From contig JBIKWF010000044.1 in assembly GCA_044356455.1 (NCBI GenBank), forward strand, positions 1-32,139: 32,139 nt of DNA, in the 5' to 3' direction. Positions within the stretch are counted from its first letter, which is position 1, and each line of letters begins with the position of its first letter. Origin of the DNA: Bdellovibrionota bacterium. Lineage in GTDB: Bacteria > Bdellovibrionota_C > UBA2361 > JBGSMV01. Of this stretch, positions 26,595-32,139 are shown one piece after another. The notes beneath the pieces were generated by a model. The model ran no database searches. It was not told the origin of the DNA and was given only the letters and a program-made list of their open reading frames with translations. A program made the position numbers and the translations under genes.

Positions 26595-27995
26595 ATGAAC
26601 GAGAGTAACTTAACACCGGCACAAAAACGGTTTGGCTCTGTAGTATCCCAGGCCTGGTTTCCTCCACAGCCCGATGTTCTGGCACGCGTCCGTTCCGGTA
26701 TTGCCTCGGGGGAGTTACTTAAGGATAGAACGAGTCTCTATCGGGAACTAAGCAACGATCCCAGTCTCTTTCTTCTTGGTGCCAGGGAACTCTCGCGTCG
26801 TGCATCTCGCGCTGCTATCAAGCCTGCGCTCAGTCTTGCCCCCCGTGCGTTAATAGAGACAAGTTCTGATGAGGAGCTCACCGAGATTTTTGCTGCGCCG
26901 ATCGATTCGTTTGCGCGTATTCCCTATCATTCAGGGGCTGAAATCTCTCAGCGTCGCTCGGTGCAGGCGATGGTCAGTGCGGTCACTACGGACATGCTCG
27001 AAGCCGCTTTAGGAAAGTCTGACGATTTGGGCTATTCCTGCGCGCTTTTTCGGCAGTTGGGTCTCATGCTTATTGCGTGGAATCATCCGCATGTGTACGC
27101 CCGTATTTCAGCATCACTTGAGCCAGACGAGTCACTGGATGAGGCGCTTGCGCGAGTTCTTGGTCTTTCGCCTTCAGCGTTAGGGCTGCACTTGGCAAGG
27201 GAGTGGCGTGTCTGCCCAACGATCCGGGCGTCGATGGGCGATGAGGTTCCTGACGAATCTCCAGAGGTGCGAGAGACAGGAAAGTTTCTCAGAGGAATGT
27301 GTGAGGTCGGCGAGAAGCTTGCGCAACTTGCCGATGCCTCCGTGCGCTCCACTCGCCTCAAGCAGTTTGACGAAGTTCGCTCCCTAGTGCTGCAAAGATT
27401 AGGACCGGATGGGCTCACGCAGATATTTGATCGCGTAGAGGCCGTGTGCAGAAATATTCGCGAGGTCTTCCCTGCGCTCTTTGCGCCTCTGCCGCAAGGG
27501 CAGGGACCAGCAAGGACCTGCAATGAGAACCCTTTTCTGTCAAAAACACCGCGGTTTTTCCAAGAGCACCTTCAGTTTGTCTATGGCCGATTTTCGAAGG
27601 GAGCTGCACCTGAAGAGCTGCGGAGTGTGCTTGACCAAGCGATACGTTCCCTTGGATTTAATCGAGCGGCCATTTATCTTCTCGACCCTGTATCTTCAGT
27701 GCTTCACCCTCGAGTCGCTCTCGGGGATTTAGAGCTTTCCTCGGTAAGGGCAGTCCAAATTGCCGCGCCTTCGGGATCTGCTGCAGAAATGATAGCGCGA
27801 GCTATTACCACAGAAGACCTGGTGATTAACGGCAAGGCAATGCGCCAAGTCGTAATTCGTGTCGGGGGAGAGCGTATACTCGGTGCGCTTTCGCTTGAGA
27901 TCTCAAGAGAACTCTTTGATGCACGGAGCGAGATGCTTGGCGATTGCGTGCGGGCTGTGGCGCTTACGATTTCGCACCTCATTCGGGTCAGCTAA
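26595..27995 (+). CDS. HDOD-like domain protein with a C-terminal GAF-like region
   Basis: SNDPSLFL, YSCALFRQLGLML, LGLSPSALGLHLAREW; C-terminal LGFNRAAIYLLDP...LGAL; GGAG SD. Confidence 0.65.
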   Translation: MNESNLTPAQKRFGSVVSQAWFPPQPDVLARVRSGIASGELLKDRTSLYRELSNDPSLFLLGARELSRRASRAAIKPALSLAPRALIETSSDEELTEIFAAPIDSFARIPYHSGAEISQRRSVQAMVSAVTTDMLEAALGKSDDLGYSCALFRQLGLMLIAWNHPHVYARISASLEPDESLDEALARVLGLSPSALGLHLAREWRVCPTIRASMGDEVPDESPEVRETGKFLRGMCEVGEKLAQLADASVRSTRLKQFDEVRSLVLQRLGPDGLTQIFDRVEAVCRNIREVFPALFAPLPQGQGPARTCNENPFLSKTPRFFQEHLQFVYGRFSKGAAPEELRSVLDQAIRSLGFNRAAIYLLDPVSSVLHPRVALGDLELSSVRAVQIAAPSGSAAEMIARAITTEDLVINGKAMRQVVIRVGGERILGALSLEISRELFDARSEMLGDCVRAVALTISHLIRVS

Positions 27996-28000
27996 AGAAA

Positions 28001-28038
28001 AACCCCGTGAGATTCCTTTGGGGAAATCTCACGGGGTT
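28001..28038. terminator. Intrinsic terminator between convergent HDOD and hppA genes
   Basis: 14-bp stem AACCCCGTGAGATT/AATCTCACGGGGTT, followed by TTTCTTT on the minus strand. Confidence 0.75.
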
Positions 28039-28065
28039 CTCGTGGAACTCAAGTTGAGGAGGTTC

Positions 28066-30519
28066 TTAGCCTTCCGACTTGATTCTCATACCGTAGAATG
28101 ATCTCCATACGAAGATCAGTCCGACGATAAGGAGTGCAACGCCTATCCACATCGCTACGGCATGTGCTTTCACCGCTATCTCAACGGCCAAGAGACCAAA
28201 GAGAGTGGTGAACTTGATGATGGGGTTAAGCGCTACTGAGCTCGTATCCTTGTAGGGGTCACCCACGGTGTCGCCCACTACGGTAGCAGCATGAAGCGGG
28301 GTTCCCTTCTCGCGAAGGTCTACTTCAACAAACTTCTTGGCGTTGTCCCAGGCTCCGCCCGCATTCGCCATGAAGACGGCTTGGAAGAGACCAAACACCG
28401 CAATCGAGACGAGGTAGCTTGCAAAGAAGCTCGGGTCAAAACATGCAAACGCAAGAGTAAGGCAGAACACGACACCGAAGATATTCATCATTCCGTTTTG
28501 TGCATACTGCGTACAAATGCGCACCACTTCTTTCGAATCCTTTACCGAGGCACGGTCAGAACTCTCAAGATTGATGTTCTTCTTGATGTACTCCACTGCA
28601 CGGTAGGCGCCCGTGGTTACTGCCTGCATAGAAGCACCAGTGAACCAGTAGACCACCGCACCGCCCATAATGAGTCCAAGAAGGACCTGAGGCGCAAGAA
28701 GATCGAGCTTCAGTTGGAGCAGGAGGATGATCGAGAAGATCATCGTCGTAGCGCCAATTACGGCCGTTCCGATAAGCACGGGCTTGGCCGTTGCCTTAAA
28801 GGTATTGCCGGCTGAGTCGTTCTCTTCAAGGAACAGCTTGCCATGCTCAAAGTCAGCCTCGATGCCGAAGTCTCTCTTGAGCTCTTCCTTGATGTTGGGA
28901 ATCTGCTCAATTTGAGAAAGCTCGAACACTGACTGGGCGTTATCAGTAACGGGGCCGTAGCTATCGACCGCAATCGTTACAGGTCCCATGCCGAGCATAC
29001 CAAATGCTACAAGACCGAAGGCGAATACCGCGGGGTAGATCATGAACTGATCAAGCCCAAAGGTAGACGTCCAGTAGGCGATGAACATCAAGCCAGCGAT
29101 GGTAAGTCCCTGCCAGAAGGCACTGAAGTTACCCGCGACAAGACCCGAGAGGATGGTCAAAGAAGCACCACCTTCGCGTGAAGCGGATACAATCTCAGCC
29201 ACATGCTTCGACTTCGAAGAAGTGAAGATCTTGGTGAGCTCAGGAATCACGGCTGCCGAGATAGTTCCGCAGCTGATGATCGTTGAGAGCTTCCACCAGA
29301 GACCTGAGCCAAGGAACTCAAGCATCTCGTAGCTGACCACGTAGGTGACCGCGATAGAGATGAGTGAAGTAACCCAGATCAGAGAGGTGAGGGGGGCTTC
29401 GAAGTCAAACTTCTTGGAATTGCCATACTTAGCTTTGGCTACTGCGCCATTTGCCACGTACGCAACAATAGAAGTGATGACCATGAGCACGCGCATCACA
29501 AAGATCCAGATGATGAACTTCGCTTGAAGCTCAGCACTAGTAATGCCGCCGATAAGTCCATCAGAGGCAACTGGATGGCCATCCGTTCCAAGCATCATGC
29601 CCACGGCGAGCACAATGAAAGTAATGAGGGCCACGCCGGTTACGCCGTAGGTCTCGAATCCATCAGCGGTAGGTCCAACTGAGTCACCGGCATTATCGCC
29701 CGTGCAGTCTGCAATAACGCCAGGGTTACGCGCGTCGTCTTCTTTAATATTGAAGACGATCTTCATCAGGTCAGAACCAATGTCTGCAATCTTGGTGAAG
29801 ATACCGCCGCAGATACGGAGTGCGGAGGCGCCGAGGGACTCGCCGATGGCAAATCCTACAAAGCAGGCGCCTGCATACTTCGGGTCAACAAGAAGCAGAA
29901 TCGCGAGCATCATGATGAGCTCGACGCAGATCAGGAACACGCCAATTGACATACCAGCGCGAAGCGGGATGTCCATGACGGGGTAGGGTTTGCCACCAAG
30001 AGAGGCAAATGCGGTGCGGCTATTGGCATACGTGTTAATACGAATACCGAACCACGCGACCACATAAGAGCCCAAGATGCCGAGAACTGACCAAAAGAGA
30101 ATCAGTCCAACTACCGCGGCCGTCTCGCCGGTCAAGAACATGAAGTAGTACACCATGCACGCAGCGATAAGTACCCAAAGCCCGATGAGGAACTTGCCCT
30201 GCTGGAGCAGGTAAGTTTTGCAGGTCTCGTAAATAAGAGAGGAAACTTCGAGCATCGAGCGATGCGCGGGGAGCCCTTTAATCTTGGAGAACTCCATGAA
30301 GCCAAAGAGAAGTCCAAGAAGGCAAACCACCACACCGATCCACAAAAGGTTGGGTCCGCTAAGGGTGCTTCCAAAAAAATTAAAGTTTACTGCCAGGTCG
30401 GGGATTTTAATGTTCACATCCCCGCTTGCGAACGCATTCGCTGGACTAAAGAGGGCAGCGAGCGCGCTGAAACCAGCGAGCGTCGCGCACGAAATTCCGC
30501 GCATCATAGATCTACACAT
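28066..30519 (-). CDS. hppA: Membrane-bound ion-translocating pyrophosphatase, K+-independent type
   Basis: GGIFTKIADIGSDL, EDDARNPGVIADCTGDNAGD, DSYGPVTDNA, GNTFKATAK, ANAGGAWDNAKK and GDTVGDPYKDTS motifs. Confidence 0.96.
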   Translation of the reverse strand: MCRSMMRGISCATLAGFSALAALFSPANAFASGDVNIKIPDLAVNFNFFGSTLSGPNLLWIGVVVCLLGLLFGFMEFSKIKGLPAHRSMLEVSSLIYETCKTYLLQQGKFLIGLWVLIAACMVYYFMFLTGETAAVVGLILFWSVLGILGSYVVAWFGIRINTYANSRTAFASLGGKPYPVMDIPLRAGMSIGVFLICVELIMMLAILLLVDPKYAGACFVGFAIGESLGASALRICGGIFTKIADIGSDLMKIVFNIKEDDARNPGVIADCTGDNAGDSVGPTADGFETYGVTGVALITFIVLAVGMMLGTDGHPVASDGLIGGITSAELQAKFIIWIFVMRVLMVITSIVAYVANGAVAKAKYGNSKKFDFEAPLTSLIWVTSLISIAVTYVVSYEMLEFLGSGLWWKLSTIISCGTISAAVIPELTKIFTSSKSKHVAEIVSASREGGASLTILSGLVAGNFSAFWQGLTIAGLMFIAYWTSTFGLDQFMIYPAVFAFGLVAFGMLGMGPVTIAVDSYGPVTDNAQSVFELSQIEQIPNIKEELKRDFGIEADFEHGKLFLEENDSAGNTFKATAKPVLIGTAVIGATTMIFSIILLLQLKLDLLAPQVLLGLIMGGAVVYWFTGASMQAVTTGAYRAVEYIKKNINLESSDRASVKDSKEVVRICTQYAQNGMMNIFGVVFCLTLAFACFDPSFFASYLVSIAVFGLFQAVFMANAGGAWDNAKKFVEVDLREKGTPLHAATVVGDTVGDPYKDTSSVALNPIIKFTTLFGLLAVEIAVKAHAVAMWIGVALLIVGLIFVWRSFYGMRIKSEG

Positions 30520-30644
30520 AGAAGTTGCTTTCCTTTAAAGAATCCCTAACTTACAAAATCTCTCGAAGAACAAATCGAACCTTGCGGTGCTCAAGGGGCG
30601 CGCGGCGACCTATGCATACACGATAGATGCGTAGTCGCCTTAGA

Positions 30645-30703
30645 ACCTGCGGCACCTCAGCCACGCCTCTCCACCCAGTCGCGACTTAAACCCGTCGCAA
30701 CTT
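30645..30703 (-). ncRNA. Candidate cis-regulatory RNA in the hppA leader, resembling the Na+-I (DUF1646) riboswitch
   Basis: Minus strand: stem AGTTGCGAC/GTCGCGACT, then GGGT...GGTGCCGCAG, then a second hairpin (30604-30639). The resemblance rests on my recollection of the motif and was not tested. Confidence 0.4.
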
Positions 30704-30847
30704 TTCAAGACCTCGCCGGCTTCTTGGCCACTTGCTCAAAGAGAAAGTGGGCCACTGTACCCTTGCTAAGTGCTCGAACGGACTTGAAGAGGTCCCTCTT
30801 AGTAGCGAAATCGGATAAATTGGTAAAGCTGCCTATTCCTTGAGACA

Positions 30848-31681
30848 ATGAGGATTATGGCGCGGTCAAAACGCTACAAATTGAAAGAACTCCTGGTAAT
30901 TCGCGGACTTGCGCCATCTGAGGCGCGTGCAGAGGCCTTTGTCATGGCCAGAAAGGTGCGCGTAAATGGTTCTCTGGCCCGCCAAGCGGGGGAATCTATT
31001 TCTGAGGATGCCCTCATTGAGCTGGAAGAGCCGCGCCAATATGTAGGTCGAGGTGCCTTTAAACTCCTTGGGGCACTCGATGAATGGCAGGTCTCCCCCC
31101 AAGATCTGACCTGTGCCGATGTGGGAAGTTCGACTGGGGGCTTCACGCAGGTGCTTTTGGAGAGGGGCGCCCGAAAGGTGTTTGCTATTGATGTAGGCAA
31201 AGGCGAGCTGGCTTGGAGTCTTCGGAGCGATCCGCGCGTGGTGGTTATGGAGGAGACCAACGCGCGTTATGTAAGTGTCCTTGAATCTCCAATTGAGCTG
31301 GCAACGGTTGACGTTTCTTTTATTTCGCTAAGGGTTGTCTTGCCCGTTATCAAGGATTGGTTTGTTGGTGATCGCTCCACCATAATTGCCCTTATAAAGC
31401 CGCAATTTGAAATTCCCGCAGAGGAGGTCCCTCCTGGAGGCATTATTGTAAACCCCGAAGCGCACAGACGCGTTCTTGATGAGTTTACCGCGCGCTCTAT
31501 CCCACCGGGCTTGGTGCTTGCAGGACTAATGCCCTCGCCCTTAAAGGGGCAGGGAGGAAATCAAGAGTTTTTATGTCGTCTCGAAAAAGACGTGGGGGGC
31601 GTCCCCCAGGCTGTGGGGCATCCTTCGGTAGGTGCGCTTGTGGCGGATGCTTTGAGACGAGCGGCAGGAGAGATTCCTTAG
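30848..31681 (+). CDS. tlyA: TlyA family rRNA (cytidine-2'-O)-methyltransferase
   Basis: S4 domain, YVGRGAFKL, DVGSSTGGFT, AIDVG, DVSFISL, ALIKPQFE and GNQEF motifs. Confidence 0.95.
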   Translation: MRIMARSKRYKLKELLVIRGLAPSEARAEAFVMARKVRVNGSLARQAGESISEDALIELEEPRQYVGRGAFKLLGALDEWQVSPQDLTCADVGSSTGGFTQVLLERGARKVFAIDVGKGELAWSLRSDPRVVVMEETNARYVSVLESPIELATVDVSFISLRVVLPVIKDWFVGDRSTIIALIKPQFEIPAEEVPPGGIIVNPEAHRRVLDEFTARSIPPGLVLAGLMPSPLKGQGGNQEFLCRLEKDVGGVPQAVGHPSVGALVADALRRAAGEIP

Positions 31682-31723
31682 GGGAGACCGTTGAAAACCC
31701 TCCAGTCTTAATACACCTCTGTG

Positions 31724-31786
31724 TACCTGTGTGTCCTCTGTGGTGAATTCCTTGATGAAAATTTCACCACAGAGGACGCAGAGGTA
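31724..31786. repeat. Long inverted repeat of the CACAGAG/CTCTGTG REP-like type
   Basis: 24-nt arms TACCTGTGTGTCCTCTGTGGTGAA and TTCACCACAGAGGACGCAGAGGTA, 22 of 24 complementary, with a 15-nt spacer. Confidence 0.7.
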
Positions 31787-31837
31787 AGTTTTTCAGAGGT
31801 TCCTTAGATAGGCGGAACATACTTTTCGCCCAAAGAG

Positions 31838-31866
31838 TTGAATAATTTCTTTGCTGTGGCTATTGT
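31838..31866 (+). promoter_or_regulatory. Sigma70 promoter for the tRNA gene
   Basis: TTGAAT-N17-TATTGT followed by a GC-rich discriminator (GCGTCCC). Confidence 0.6.
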
Positions 31867-31902
31867 GCGTCCCTCGAAGGCGTCTTTCTGGGTGCCTCAG
31901 GT

Positions 31903-31978
<76 letters not shown>

Positions 31979-32003
31979 TTTTTTCCGCTCGGCGCTCGGC
32001 CCA

Positions 32004-32023
32004 GAGGGGGCGCAGGCCCCCTC
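32004..32023. other. GC-rich hairpin downstream of the tRNA, within CGCTCG-rich sequence
   Basis: GAGGGGGC-GCAG-GCCCCCTC; no U-tract. Confidence 0.4.
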
Positions 32024-32139
32024 GCGTCGCTGGTCGCTCGCTCACCCCTTCAGTGATAAACTTGTGACTTGTGGCATGTTTGGTGTGAGTCGTTGCACTG
32101 CTCGGTTTCGCGTTTAGCTGGAGGAGATGGGCGCAAGGC

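Noticed and set aside
14192..31681. HlyIII and TlyA as haemolysins indicating virulence
   Set aside because: Both are widespread housekeeping families (membrane homeostasis and rRNA methylation); the names are historical.

Overview
A bacterial chromosomal window of about 25 CDS and one tRNA. The gene content suggests a Gram-negative, deltaproteobacteria-like organism (inference only). The left part (1-11.7 kb) is mostly surface or secreted proteins: a collagen-like protein, a SRAP peptidase, an orphan flagellin, a flippase, two large secreted unknowns, and an AsmA-like gene broken by a single in-frame TAG. The centre (12.0-26.3 kb) is a compact general/osmotic stress island: Pal-like lipoprotein, DUF1328, SYLF, GlsB/YmgE, HlyIII, ferritin-like protein, Crp/Fnr regulator, an unannotated 40-aa ORF, a 2864-aa cyclic beta-1,2-glucan synthase, CsbD and a small lipoprotein. 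The most notable signal is a palindrome, YATGA-N6-TCAKR, in five promoter regions of this island, each 20-22 nt from a -10-like hexamer. That is class II CRP/FNR promoter geometry, and it points to a stress regulon run by the locally encoded, non-canonical Crp/Fnr protein. The right part holds an HDOD protein, a long K+-independent membrane pyrophosphatase with a structured leader (candidate Na+ riboswitch), TlyA, a long inverted repeat and tRNA-Lys(CTT). All family assignments come from motif recognition by eye; no searches were run.
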